A stretch of 64,000 bases of DNA, taken from contig OZ249450.1 in the NCBI GenBank assembly GCA_965235115.1, positions 18,290,001 through 18,354,000 on the forward strand, read 5' to 3'. Of the stretch, positions 39,646 through 53,042 are shown piece after piece. Every line of letters begins with the position of its first letter. Within the stretch, counting starts at the first letter, position 1. Origin of the DNA: Laetmonice hystrix. Its lineage: Eukaryota. The notes under the pieces were generated by a model. The model was not told where the DNA came from. It was given only the letters and a program-made list of their open reading frames with translations, and did not search any database. Position numbers and translations under genes: made by a program.

Positions 39646-39792
39646 GGGCAAGGGGACCACGTGTTTTGGTTGATTATAATGGGCAAGGGGACCACGTGTT
39701 CTGGTTTATTATAATGGGCAAGGGGACCACGTGTTCTGGTTTATTATAATGGGCAAGGGGGACACGTGTTCTGGTTTATTATAATGGGCAAG
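39646..39792 (+). repeat. 35-bp minisatellite x4
   Basis: gggcaaggggaccacgtgttctggtttattataat at 39646, 39681, 39716 and 39751. Confidence 0.93.
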
Positions 39793-39909
39793 GTGTAAAA
39801 TGGGCAACGAATGAAAAGAAGTGTTCTGGTTTATAATATAGTAGAAAGAGGTACTTTGAGACAGCAAGAACATTGGAGTTTTTGAGCCTGTGGGCAATAA
39901 GTTTTTCAG

Positions 39910-40245
39910 CTCGTCTAAGGTTGTTTCTGCCGAGCAGAAACATCTATGCTTTGGTGAGTCGGGCAAGAATAACGAAGGTCAGCCCTCAAAGGATTTGACG
40001 GATGATATCTGTGCTCTTGTTTGGTTTCCCATATTGATATTACATCAGTTTTCTCTCAGAGGCCATTGATAAAAGGTCTGCCTATTATCTTTTCATTATT
40101 CCCCCCTGAAGCAGCCAAAGCCTGGCTTGCACTGTTGAATTCAGTTTCTTCCAGGTCATCTGGTGTGAGGAGCTGTGCGAATCTGCTTCCGCCTTGACCT
40201 CCTACTGACAGACTCTGTCATTTACTCCGTCTCTGCCCGCCGGAG
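39910..40245 (+). other. Pair of candidate spliced exons (39910-39953 and 40155-40245), probably non-coding
   Basis: gtttttcag|...ttg|gtgagt and cagtttcttccag|...gag|gtaagg; the second exon has a stop in all three frames. Confidence 0.3.
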
Positions 40246-40398
40246 GTAAGGGACCCCCGCATCATTTAACAACTTATCCCACCAACTCCCGGTCACTTCA
40301 GCGGGTCGCCACATGATGTCCACCGACTGGCCATTAGTCCACCTCCCCCTCCCCGACCAAGTACACCGACTTCCACACCTCCCACCTCTGTCCTCACA

Positions 40399-40415
40399 CT
40401 GCCACCTGGTGGCTG
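40399..40415 (-). promoter_or_regulatory. CTCF consensus motif (CAGCCACCAGGTGGCAG on the minus strand)
   Basis: Exact CCACCAGGTGGCAG core. Confidence 0.55.
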
Positions 40416-41127
40416 ATTTATTCCTAACCGTACCGATCTGTAATCAATTGCCCAGTGCCATCCGCAGTCAGGCGGCATCACCTCACCAACTGCCAGCAGA
40501 CTGAACATTTGTATTCTGGTCCACTCTACCAGACATCCAGCCCATCTTTAAAATACCACCGCCAGAAAAGGTCTCCTAATTAACAACCACAGCTCCTGTT
40601 TCTACCGTCTAATATTGACCCACGTTGACGGTCTCCAGCATGTAGGCCGGCTGGGGTTATTTCAGAGTCTACTCCCGTTCCGTCGTCCGTAGTCGTCCCT
40701 GTGGCCAATGGGCAGGAAGCCTAATGAGCACTCTCCCGCCAGCCAGACTCTCTCCAAGTCAAGGAACCCTTAATGACCCGTCTCTGTGGCCTGCACTTTA
40801 CACTGCTTCCTCACTCCCGTTCCTAGAATCCCAGATTACACTACAGCAACTAGGAAATAGCCTTATCGACAGACGCTGACTCAAACATCTGCTGGTTATC
40901 TAAAGAGAAAAAACTTTCAGAGAGAAGCCTTTTTTGATGTGTTTCTTGGATCCAACTGGGGTTGTCAGCCAGCAGGAAGAGTTGTTTGAAGAAGAATGTA
41001 GATGGTGTGTCAGTGACCTCTCTTATCATGGCTCAAGATGACGATGAAAGATCTACAGGTGTTCCATGTGGCTTTAATTACAATGTCTCACAATTTACAG
41101 CTACCCTTTAAATAATTATACCCAATG

Positions 41128-41310
41128 CATCACATTTCACGTGAACGGTCAATGTTTCACATATCAAGTTAAAATCAAATCTTTCACATTTCACGTGAAT
41201 GTCCAATATTTCACATTTTTGTTAATTGTTTCACATGTCATGTCACTGTTCAGTGCTTCACATTCCCTGTGAAAGTGTACTGTTAAATTCATACTTCCCG
41301 TGAATAAAGC
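41128..41310. repeat. TTCACA/TTCACGTGAA-rich degenerate repeat
   Basis: Many ttcaca motifs and two ttcacgtgaa palindromes within ~180 bp. Confidence 0.6.
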
Positions 41311-42930
41311 CAACGACCACAGAACTACAGCTCATATTAAAGGCAATTAGCTTCACACATATAGCAAGGGCTAGCTAACAGTGAATGTCACATTCTGTCA
41401 ATATTAATGACGTCCGAACCAATAAAAATGTTTCCGCTCTGGCGCTGGTACAAACTATCAGAACAAAAACGACCGAGTTCAGAAAATAATATTCAATTTT
41501 AACAACACGATCTACTCAGCCCTGCTAAACCGGAAGACATACGTATCTGTACGTCCACCAGTGTAGATGATAACCCCCAGTTCCGCTTCCGGCGTTACAT
41601 ACATCTTTCTTCCTTACACCACATCACGACTGGCTTCCGATTCCTCTCATCATCCAATCACACTGCCGTCCCACCAACAGGGGGTTACCATGACAACAGA
41701 CACCATGCAACCTTTGATTCTCCCCTCCTGTGTGTTCCACAGCTCAATGGAAACGAAACGAAATCACGATCGCCACCATGTCTAATTCCGGAAGAGCGCG
41801 AGCTGACCCACTTCATTCAAAACGTCACATTTATTTCCAGGAGACCTACCACATTGTTGGATCCATATTGCAGAATACATTTCTTCTCCTTTCGAATTTG
41901 ACCTCATAATCCGATGATACAACTTTTGTGTCCTTTGTATACATGACAAAATCGTTTTACAATTTTTTCAATAGAGGATAAAAAAACTTCTGAAAAGCTA
42001 TTCCCCAAACTTCTTACCCGCGTCCATCATGAATCTCATATGACGTTGACTGGATTCCCTATGATTGATTCCTCGAGGCATTGTAACTCAAAATTCGCGG
42101 AAACTACAGTCTCTGAAGACACTGCAAGCTGCTCGCAACCTTGTGTCAATACTTGATACCACAGAAAATATCTTGCCCAAAATAAAAGAAAATGAAAAAA
42201 GACCGTTCAACAAAGACCCTTGCGGTTCTTTGTCATAACACAATCCTATCTATTCTAGACAGTCCCTCAGAATGTCCAGAACGCGATATTGATAAAGACA
42301 GCTAACTGTTGAATCAATCTACCGCATCTATTGACAGTGTACCTCGTGTTAATAACACGCTCACAGCGTCTCAAAGCAACCCGTTGACGTAACGTCATTC
42401 GATCTTGTAGCCCCCCCCCCCCCCCCCGCGCACTCCTCCCCCGAGAAACGATTAATCTTGTTCGTCCATGTGGCGGTACAATTAACAGGATTATCCATCC
42501 AGCTGCCCGGTAATCGGTTACTGGATCTAGACTCGGCGCTGACCCCAGAAACAAACAATGTAATGTAATTGAAATCCTGTAAACAGATCCGCGGACAAAA
42601 TCAGGCACGTGAAAAGCGGCGGACCACACAAAATCTTATCTGCATCAATCACATGAAATGTCATTCATTTCCTGATGGAACTGCAGAATTATTTTGTTAC
42701 TTAAAAGAATACCAATATTATTGCCATGGTATGAGTGGGTTCTTCAATCGTCGTTTAGATCTGTTGAGTTAAAAAATGGAAGGTCTACATTGAGGAGATT
42801 GTCGTCAGTATAGTCCCTTAAGCTCATCACTGTTACCTTCTAAAAAACACGTGTTTTGTCGTTTAAATTTACGTCATCCCTTTCAGGTATACAAGTTTTC
42901 AATTCTGAACTCTTAACTCTTTAAACAGAG

Positions 42931-43103
42931 CACGGGGGCGGATCCAGGAATTTGGAAGGGAGGGGGTCTATGCGGGGAATCTGACAAGGGGGGTCCAACA
43001 CGGTTAATTTAGAAAGCTCTAAGGGGAAAAGAGAAAGATTCACGCCAAAGGAGGGGGCTGACCCCCCTTGACCCCCCCCCCCCGTCCCCTGGATCCGCCA
43101 CTG
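42931..43103. mobile_element. MITE with GGCGGATCCAGG terminal inverted repeats (hAT-like termini)
   Basis: ggcggatccagg at 42937 and cctggatccgcc at 43088; no clear TSD. Confidence 0.75.
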
Positions 43104-45004
43104 TAGAAAGAGTGTCTTGACCATCGAGCCAGAACTCCAGCATTTTTGAGGCAAGGCGACTGTCATTGCGGCGCCCATGCGATTTTCAATGTAAAGGTGG
43201 AAATTCAATGTTATTTTGAATGTAAAGAAGCATTTTTCCAATGGTGGCAACAGAGATCCTGCGAATATTAGGAGGACTTCCAAATTAAAATAGAGAGAAC
43301 GCCGCAAGGGTTTTACCAGTGACTGGTGGCACCGACTGTGTATCATTACAAGTGGACATATAAAGACCACCCGGCTCAGACAGAGGCAGGAAAACCTCAT
43401 GGCACGGCCAACAAATCCCTTCTCGAAATCCCACCTCCTCAGCAAATCCCACGTCCCAACCTTCCACCGCCCCGACGTTATCTCTAATCCACCCTGATTA
43501 ATCCCCGTCCGCTCTGTTAGAGAATTAGCATGGGATTACGTTGGACTTATCGATGGCCATTTCAGTGGGCCGGGAGAATGGTCGAAGAGGTTGTTGGTGG
43601 CCCATGGGGCAGTGACCAGGATCCCTAGGGAGTACTCAGGTTAATCCTGGACCATCATGGGGTCACTGTAGTGAGGACCGGGGTGGGGTGGGGTGGGGGT
43701 GTTAGAGGGCTGAGGACCAACAGGCTGCTCTGTCTCAGCCCACCTCTCACTCCAATATCTAACGACCACAATCATGGCCAATCTATTTTTTCAAGACTGA
43801 AGAGAAAGGGAGTTTGTTACATTTTTTCGGAATTTACTTCAATTAAGAGGTGGTATATTGGTCAATAAATATCGCCACACGTGAAAATTCTTTTCCCATC
43901 TTAAGCAAATATTTCCTTTCCCTGCATCAAAACTGAACAACAAAATTCCTGCACAATCCAACTCGATTAATTCTCCCGTAATCTCCCAACCTAAATAAGG
44001 GATGAAACTTCACTTCAGCTCAGAAGGACAAATTATAAGAAAACACCTGATGCCCGCCAAAATGGTAGGCGCCTTAAATCAACGTCTCTTTTCAACTATA
44101 ATTGTCAAATGACAGGAGACCATGCCTGGACTACATCCAACTGGTCTGATCCAACTTTCAGTTTTTTTGTTATTCTGTTATTCCGTACAATTTAAGAGCA
44201 CCAGTGGGCTCAGGACCCTCATTTCCAGGATCAAGGCATGCAAACCGCATAGAATCCCTCCGCGGCCCCTTCACTGCCGCCGTACCGCTCGGTCCCGTGA
44301 TAAACCTTCCGCGGCGGGGGTTTTCGATGGCGGCAGACAAAAATAGACCTCACAAAATGTCAACCATGGCCGGCAGCCCCCGGGAACGCTAGCCTAAAAC
44401 CGTCTGATGAGCAATTAATTAGGAAATCAATAATGATTGCTCTACGGAAATACCTGGACTTGAATATGCAAATTTAAATGGTTTCGCAAGTCCTATTAGA
44501 AAGCAATGACATTCAACATGGGAAATTTTCTGCGAAGGCCTTTTAAACTTACTGACACTGGTGACAACTCGGCATATAAAAAACCCCGCATACTTGCTTG
44601 CCTGGAAGCCGAAAGCTCTTAAAATAAAACACGACTATTCCCGGGAGCTCCAAAGGTGCCTTTTATACGGGTGCTCAAATTGAACGCATTAACTAAATAC
44701 ATGAAACAGCTTTCAATTTGTATTGTCAGTCAGAAAGAAAATCTTTTCCCAACTATCGTTTTAACAAACCATCTTTTATATAAATCAAGTAGAACTAATA
44801 CCAAAACGCGTGGACAAGATAAAACAATAGAACTCTTGTACAAAATAATGTCTGCTTGAATGAAATTTCACAGTAACTTGTACTTGTATGTCTTGATGTA
44901 ATCTGTACATGTTTTATATATGACGACTCTGATCGTAATGCGAAATGGTACCCGTGTTATCCGTTATGATCTGTACTCCGTTACCGTATAGCTGGTATTA
45001 GTAA

Positions 45005-45218
45005 GATACGATGATCCACGACTCAGAGCGGGGAGACGGGGGAATTCTCCTATTTTATGATACGATGATCCACGACTCAGAGCGGGGAAACAGGGGAATT
45101 CTCCTATTTTATGATACGATGATCCACGACTCAGAGCGGGGAGACGGGGGAATTCTCCTATTTTATGATACGATGATCCACGACTCAGAGCGGGGAAACA
45201 GGGGAATTCTCCTATTTT
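45005..45218 (+). repeat. 54-bp minisatellite x4 with A-B-A-B variants
   Basis: gatacgatgatccacgactcagagcgggga(gacgg/aacag)gggaattctcctattttat; source of ORFs 44964..45272 and 45011..45403. Confidence 0.95.
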
Positions 45219-48200
45219 ACCAACGTCCCCTCCCTGTAATCGTATACGTTGATTACACAATATCAGCGTCATACATGGCGGATTATCAGATTATCTCATG
45301 TATACCAGGCCTGGGGATTAGCGCCACCCGGTCCGTCTGCTCACTGTCTGCTTATCAATTCTGGAAAAGATTAGAACCAGTTTCCGACCAGTCACTGATC
45401 TAAAATATCTCTTCTCGGATATCACCGTTAATGGAATATGTAGATATTGGGTCCGTATGGTGTTTTCAATCGTCCCATTCAAATATCTGTGTTAAAAACA
45501 CAACATATACTGCCCGATTCTTTTTCATGAAATAATTGTTTTTCCAGCTGCCAACTCTACTGTGTCGGTCAATGCTTCCACAATTATTCTATGAATTTAT
45601 TGTAGTCTGAGCATGAAATACCACACGTCTGAAAGGTCCAAGGCACATAAAATATCTCAACCGTTAAATATACATGTCTCGGGGCCTCTTTCCGTAACGT
45701 ATCCGCTTTTTTGAACGTACATCTTCCTTGGAGATGGAAATTTAATGACCACTGGGCATATATTATATATAATATTCCCTAGAAAGGTCCCTAGACATTC
45801 CCGAGTTTCAGGACTGCCAGCCCCAGGGGTCATTTCCTTTTACTGAAGGTTAAAGCGCACCAACCGTTATCATCAATAAGATTGTCATAAATCATTACCC
45901 GTTTATATAATTGATGACTTAAAGCTTTACAAAAACTTGGATTTATGTCATCAGCCTTCCTGGTTTAAAAGAAATCACCTTGGCGTTGGTTGCATTGTGT
46001 TAGCCGTCCTCCATTAACACCGACACTCTGTCCACACAATAACAATACATAACACTTGAAACCTCCCACACTGACACCGCCACTGAACTCTGGGCCGCTA
46101 ATCTATAAAAAGTTTTCCATGACGACCTCAAGAGATGACCTGCAGTAGATATATTATGGAAACAAAAATGGCAGCTGTTATAAACTGATCAATAAGTGGC
46201 ACCTTCACGGTACCTCCGCCATGTCCCAGGCACGTCCCACGCTAGACCTCAAGGTCAGACGACCCCCCTACCCACACACCACCGGCTAAATCAATCCCCA
46301 CCATCAATATTTGCTATTTCTTGGCCGCATTTGTCAACACTTCCAAGACGTATTCCTGCCGACGGAGAATGAACTGGCTTAGAGAAGGGATTCATCACAT
46401 ATCGTAAGACTGAACGAAGGACTCTGACGCTGACATTGGACAGGAGCAACAACTCACCTTGATTTTATGATTTGTCATGTCCACTTTTTTCTCTTGATAT
46501 TTTCCCCACAAAGAAAAAAAAACGACCGATGTTTATGAATCATGCAGTTCTGTCTGAACCAGGCATACAGACATAAAAATGTCTCTTAAAATACCATGCT
46601 TGCCGTTACCATGCATTAAGTTGACAAGTAAAAACGATTCCAGTAAATATTGCATTTATCCCACCCCATGCTCCTCCCATTCAAACCTTGTCAGGCAGTT
46701 GGATGCAGTTACGTGATTTATCACTATTACATCGTGATTGATCTAAAAAATAATCAGCGTAAGATCAGGAACATGAAAACGCTTCTGTTGCTATGGTACC
46801 ACAGGGCAAATACCCGACGGTTGCTAACGGGCTTCCGCCAGTTCTGCTATTATAGCAATATAATCAACTTCCCCACGGGTCGTAGACACAACTTCACCCC
46901 ACCCCTAAACCGACCAATCGCATGTCCCGTGACATCCTAGCCTACTCAAGCTAATTTTCATCCACTCAGCACATCTGATACATGTGATAAATGGTGTCCG
47001 TTGGGAGCGGCGAGTTACCATGGAGATTGAGTGCTTCCTGATGAAACTAAAACGAACTGATAAAAACCACGCTTACCCGGACAACATCGAGAACAGATAT
47101 ATTGGGAGGAATTCTTTTTTTTTTAATGCTTATTCTCTTTTATCGATCTTTGCGGGCGACAAAGAATTCAATATAGACGCGACAAGACGTCTGAACTCAG
47201 TAGACATATTGTTTAGTTTACGTCCCATTCCAATCAACATTCCTTGTCCGAACATTAAGGTGTCCCAGCTCTAAATTGTGATCTTCTGACTTTCTTGTTT
47301 TCTGTCTGTCTTCAGAAACTTTAGACTTTACTCAGAATGCAGATTGCAATGTCTGACGAGGTGATTAAAATGTGTTTTAGTGGCTTTAGTGAAAGAAAAA
47401 CAAAAATATTGGGACAAACAAATAATACAGAAAGTAACACGGATAGACAGAAATATGAAAGAAAGAAACAAAGAATGAAACAAACAAAAACGAACAAAAA
47501 TAGAAAAAGAGATCTAAAAAAAGAAAGAAACTAATACTTGCTTTTCTCCCCACTATTTCACGACCAAGTAAACTTTGAGAAAGTCCCCAGAGTATGCCTC
47601 ATTAAAGACGAACCCTACCCCCAGACATTCCCTCCACGCCCAAACGCCAGCCGTTTACCCCAGAGCGTCAACTATTTCTCGAAGTAAATCCACAGTTATC
47701 TGTACCGATCATGTTTTAAACCGGAGCTTTATCTTCAATCAGATATAAGGAGAAGTTCCCCGTGATAAGATTAACGTGCCTATTGGTTGACAGTCCATCA
47801 AAACGTCATGTCGTATTCCAAGTCGATGTCCAGTTTCTGATAGTCTTGGCGTCCGCTAAACATATCTATTACATGTCGATATTGGCGCTGGTCTCGGCTT
47901 TCATCGCGGTAGCTGGCACAGGCGAGATCATACTGACTGCAGGTCAAAGGTCATCAATTGAAAACAAGAACGCCACAACAATCGTCGATAGGGGGCGCCA
48001 TCAAGGCAGCCATCTCGAATGCTGCCTCCTCACAAGAACTGTTTTCGGCATGAATCTATGTTTTACACCTACTGCCCGTTATTGTCAAGAAGTGACGCAT
48101 CTCCTCCTCTCCCCTCCCCTCCCATTCCCCCCGCTCCCCGCCTCTCTCTTTCAACCATGTGCATGTTATTTTGCATTCAAAAGATGCATTTATATGGCCT

Positions 48201-50181
48201 CATCCCTGAGGCGCTCGCCCTAAAACAATGAAGTGTTATCACAATAGCCGTTTGACTCAGCGGCAACAAACTCAACAACAAAATTATCTCTGGGGATCAA
48301 ATTGATAGCGCTTATCTGAAAACACACCAACCTTTTAAAGTCAGCGTCAGGGGGAAAAACGAAGAGAACAAAATATTGTCAAAAGGGAGGGAACTTTTAT
48401 AAAACATTAATGAAGAACTTGTAGGGACCAATCCGGCAAGCACTGAGAACTTTTGTGAGCATAACACACCCAGAAACATTTCGTTTAACCCCTTGGCGCC
48501 CGGGGCGTTCTTATGACATCTCTTCGGTATGGATTCCTATCACATGTACACACCATACTCTGGCGGTCCTCAGTGACCTCAGACAGGGTGGGGATGTACA
48601 ACCTCATCACCTTTGACACGTAGGGGAGAAATGTCCGTTTTGCCCCCAACAAAGGAGTGGCTGGGTTGTGCTCTGAAACCTTTTTATGTTTGGTGTTCAC
48701 ATAATAAAACTCAAATGATTTTGTTTAGAAATAAAAATAACATAAAATACAAAATCCTTGTGGCATCACGAACAAAAGCAGGATGTCTGATTAATACTGG
48801 CTAAACAAATCCTAATGTAAACGACTAAGAGCGTTATTGTAAGTCATTGTTAGTTCCCGGCAACATTCAACAATGATAAATGATCCCAATGTTATTGGTT
48901 GTTCTTCTGTCAATATCTTCAGCTTCTTATCCTCCTTCCTTATCATGACTGTATTTTATCATCTGATACATTATCACATCACACACCTGATGTAGATTTC
49001 AACTCAATACGATCACATTTCCTCAGCCCCAGTTTATTTTTCCCTTTCATATTTTCTTTTTCTCTCTGCTTGGCTTCCTTTTTAGTCTTCAGTACATATT
49101 ACATTCCATACTGCAATGGCTTTAGAAAATTAACTAAATAATTTTATTTTTTAATACATAAAACATTCTGTAATCTTTCCAGTTCGCATTCTTTATTCAA
49201 AGATGGGTCAGTTTTTCTATGCATTGTGAAAGAACTGCTAGTGTTGTCATAGATACCAGCTTATCTGTGGAGAGATTAATAACACTGAAGTTGCCCCCCC
49301 CCCCCCAGCCTGGATCAAAATCTCCGGGATGTGACTGGCTGGGGCGACCTGTGGCTTCCCTCAGTCGGCGCCCACAATCTGCGATCATGACAATGGCTTC
49401 ACGTAGGATTGCCCCATTAATAAAACGTGACAACAAAAGGCCCACAACGTCAGCGCGTCCGGAATCTCTCCCCCTTATTTTTTATTCCCCTCTTGATGCT
49501 CCTCTCTGGATTCCATAATTTTACTTGACCTGACAGCGGCGCCCTCAAAGTGGCCCTTTGTCGATCTAATCCTGATGATATCGGAAAACTTCAAATCGAA
49601 CCCGACAAGCCAAGGGAATCGTACTATTTGCCTCCACCCCAAGTGTGGTCCCTGCTAATGCTTGCGCAGGGTCTCTCCCTCTTCCCTCCGTCCCTCTCTC
49701 TCTCTCCTTCTCTCTCCTGGGTGCGTGATTGATTTCACTCAAATACGGCCCTGGGGGCTGGAGCGCCCTGAGATCTATATACTACTTGTATTAAGGATAT
49801 TAGTCAGCCTAAACCTGATGCCCTCCCGGGAGGACAAAAATAAAGATTTACTGATCCACTCAACTTTATTGGAGTAAATCCTAAGGGCTCACTTCTTGTC
49901 CTGGGATTTTATTTGGGATAAGAAGATTATTTCTGTTTGCACTTAAGCCTCTATATTGCCACACATTTGGTCTATGCGACATTTCACAATTACCTAACAT
50001 TTTCCTAAACTCGACAGGGGAAACACGTGTACTTGGGCGGCCAAAAATAACCCCACCATACCGTCTCAGAAAGTGGGGAAGAAATCAGGAAAAGTCTCAG
50101 ATTCTGCACCGTGCACTATGATGGTAAAAACTTGGAAGTGGTCCACATCTGGTAACCGATCCTGATACTTAATTCCCCAAT

Positions 50182-50370
50182 GCACGAAGAAGACTGCTGA
50201 TATGGTGTGACTTCATTCAACATGACGTCAGGCAAGTCTACCGACATGAACCATGTATGACGCCAATTAGTATACAAGACGTCAAGGAGGACTGCTGTTG
50301 GCATGTTGAAAAGGTTTCACAGACCTTTACCAAGAGACTGGAGTGGAGGCCTGCTGACATGAAAACTAGC
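50182..50370 (+). mobile_element. Possible degenerate RTE-type LINE ORF2 C-terminus
   Basis: Open frame ARRRLLIW...QDVKED...KRLEWR echoes the RTE C-terminal pattern RRRLRW..D.VKED..DR.EWR, but lacks the GRP motif. Confidence 0.3.
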
Positions 50371-52740
50371 CTTATCTTTGCCGATCCTGACCTTTCGACC
50401 TGAGGCTGTGACCCCATGACCTTGCTTGACATCCGAAGACACAAGGGTCATATAGGGTCAGCGGCTCTGATGACCACCCTGACTCAAATGTCGCATATGC
50501 CACAACCTCTATCGCTTGGGATATTTCCTCAGGATCTAGGAGTTGAAATATCAGGCCATTTTTGACCTTATAAAGGTTTAGTAAATATACACCATGAGAC
50601 CCCCAAACAACCAGCGTCCCAATCGTAGCCCTGATCTTTATGAAGACGCTGGTTTAAACATGTGGTCTGGCAGTGGCCGCAAATATGAGAAAGGGGAATG
50701 CAAATTTCGAAATGTAAACAAAGCCAGCACTGGCCATGTTCGGAAATAATTCAAACCAAGCTGAAAGGGTTAGACCGCCTTCTCCTACTTGAGGGCAAGT
50801 ACCACAAAATGTAATTATTTAACTGTATTCATTACTAAAATGGCTACTAATAGAATGTTATATTTTGTTGTTCACTGACTGATACATCCTCTACGTCTCT
50901 TTAACTAGGATCAACTTTTTTCCTCACCATTCTTACCATAATCACACGTTTTTACTTAGACAGAATAAAGCACACACAAGGCAGACCTCCTGAGCTTCCA
51001 AACACTGGAATTCTAAGATTTTAGTGTAATCTTTGCCTTTTTCTAAATGCAATTAGTTTCTAGACTGTTCTACTCTGGACGTTAATCACGAAGTTAACAC
51101 GTCCGTCCCTAATTCTCCTCCTGAACCCTTCAATCGAGTTTCGGAACGTCCACCTAGCTTCCAATTGATGGTGAATTGTAAAAACTGGAACCAGGCGACA
51201 CAAGGTTTATTACTTCCAATACTTCAAGATAATTACATTCCAGCCACGCGGCCCAATTTTTGGTTGGATACTTGGGTTCCCTAATTGCAGAGAGAAGCCC
51301 TCATCTTCAAGCCCACCCCCTTCCCTCCCGAAAAAAGGGAGAAAATACTTGGTGGAAATTGCGAGTCGTTTAGCCTCCACTATGGAAGCAGCGTGTGCGG
51401 GCCTCCGTTCATATTCCGTCATAATGATGAGCTGTCGGTACCAGCTGCCATTCACTTCCTAATACCGGCCACTCGCCAGTAAACCATCAGCTCCAATCCC
51501 GACCAAATTACCGTCGATTGTCACCATTATTATTTTTCTTTCTATTTCTCTCTAATTGCCTGAAGATTGTCCCTATCTCCGTCTGTGAGATTACAATGCC
51601 AAGTCGCACCCATCATAGTTTCCAGGAGAAAAAACGTTTAGGATTTTTTGTTATAAGTAATAAATTACCAGTGCCGCAGGAACGGATAACTAACTACCTT
51701 CAGGACTGACAGTTCACAGACCCAACATATACAACTATAGAAAGTGCAAATGAGGATCACCCAAAAAATTAATTAACTTTAGAAAGAGATCCTCTCTCTC
51801 GGGAAATATCCACAAATGTTCCCAATGTCCCAGTGTGTCCGTCGGATAGCAACTGCACGACGTGAAGTGCCTGTAGATCACTGTGAACAAAGTACTTTCA
51901 TACGGCGCCTGTCCTCGCGGGGCCTTGTTACACAATTTGAGAGGGGGCGGAGGGGGCCGGGGGGTTGGCAGGGGGAACCGTTGGGATACCAGCTGCCGTT
52001 ACAAAAGCATCATACAGCCCCCCTTTCATGGCTTCACGCCCCTGGGGCGAATTGCACATCTCGTATCGCATCATATCGCCCCGCCACCATATAGCTTTGA
52101 GAAGTCTCTTTCTCTCTCTCTTTTCTCTTCCCTGAAGGCCGACCAAATTACACTAACCGCTTCCCCAACTTACTGATCGTATTGTTTATTTGTTGCCACA
52201 CTACCTGCGCCCTGGAGCGTCACTATAGAGACACATTATGGAGGCCTTTCTCTGCATACGTTCCTCGTAATGACGCCAAGCTGCCAAGACAGCATACAAT
52301 TGATTTAGCAAGTGCTCCGTCTAAAAGGATCACTCCTTTGCATTCTACCTGTCTTTCACACCCACCAGTCTTCGCTTTTAGTCGCACAAAAGCTTAAATA
52401 CATTGTTGCTGAACACCCTATCAGTGAATAATGGTTTGCCGGTAAAAAAAACTTTTTTTCCAAAAACAATTCCATTTCCAGTTTAACATTTCACGACCCC
52501 TGCTTCACACGGTGGAACAGCTGGAATAATCTTCTTTATGGCAAATGTTTATCATCCGGTACTGTCATCAATGTCAGGCTGAGCAATTCAGTTTCTGTAA
52601 TCTATTATTCAAAACTGTCCATGAATAACAACATTCATTGTATAGAGTGAGTAATGGTGGTTGTACGCCGTGTCGGCATCTAAGGCCATCTTCACGGCCC
52701 AAAACAGAGTTAGAATATCGAATTGTGAAAGGGTTAGTCG

Positions 52741-53042
52741 CAACAATGCCGCACCCACACCAAACACCACCCAGCCCTGCCCCAACAATACCGCATCTAC
52801 ACCAAACCCAACTCGACCTTGCCCAACAATGCCACACCCACACCAAACTCCACCCGACCCTGCCCCAACAATACCACACCCACACCAAACTCCACCCGAC
52901 CCTGCCCCAACAATACCACACCCACACCAAACTCCACCCGACCCTGCCCCAACAATACCACACCCACACCAAACTCCACCCGACCCTGCCCCAACAATGC
53001 CGCACCCACACCAAACCCCACCCACCCCTGCCCCAACAATGC
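52741..53042 (+). repeat. 42-bp minisatellite x7
   Basis: caacaataccacacccacaccaaactccacccgaccctgccc and variants; explains six overlapping repetitive ORFs. Confidence 0.95.

Noticed and set aside
43217-43236. miR-1-like string gaatgtaaagaag; also miR-993-like ctacaggtatct at ~13695
   Set aside because: Seed mismatch and no precursor hairpin.
44404-44430. Hammerhead ribozyme core (ctgatgag...gaaa); also checked 16389, 17668(-) and 31023
   Set aside because: Stem II does not pair and no stem I/III or cleavage triplet could be built.
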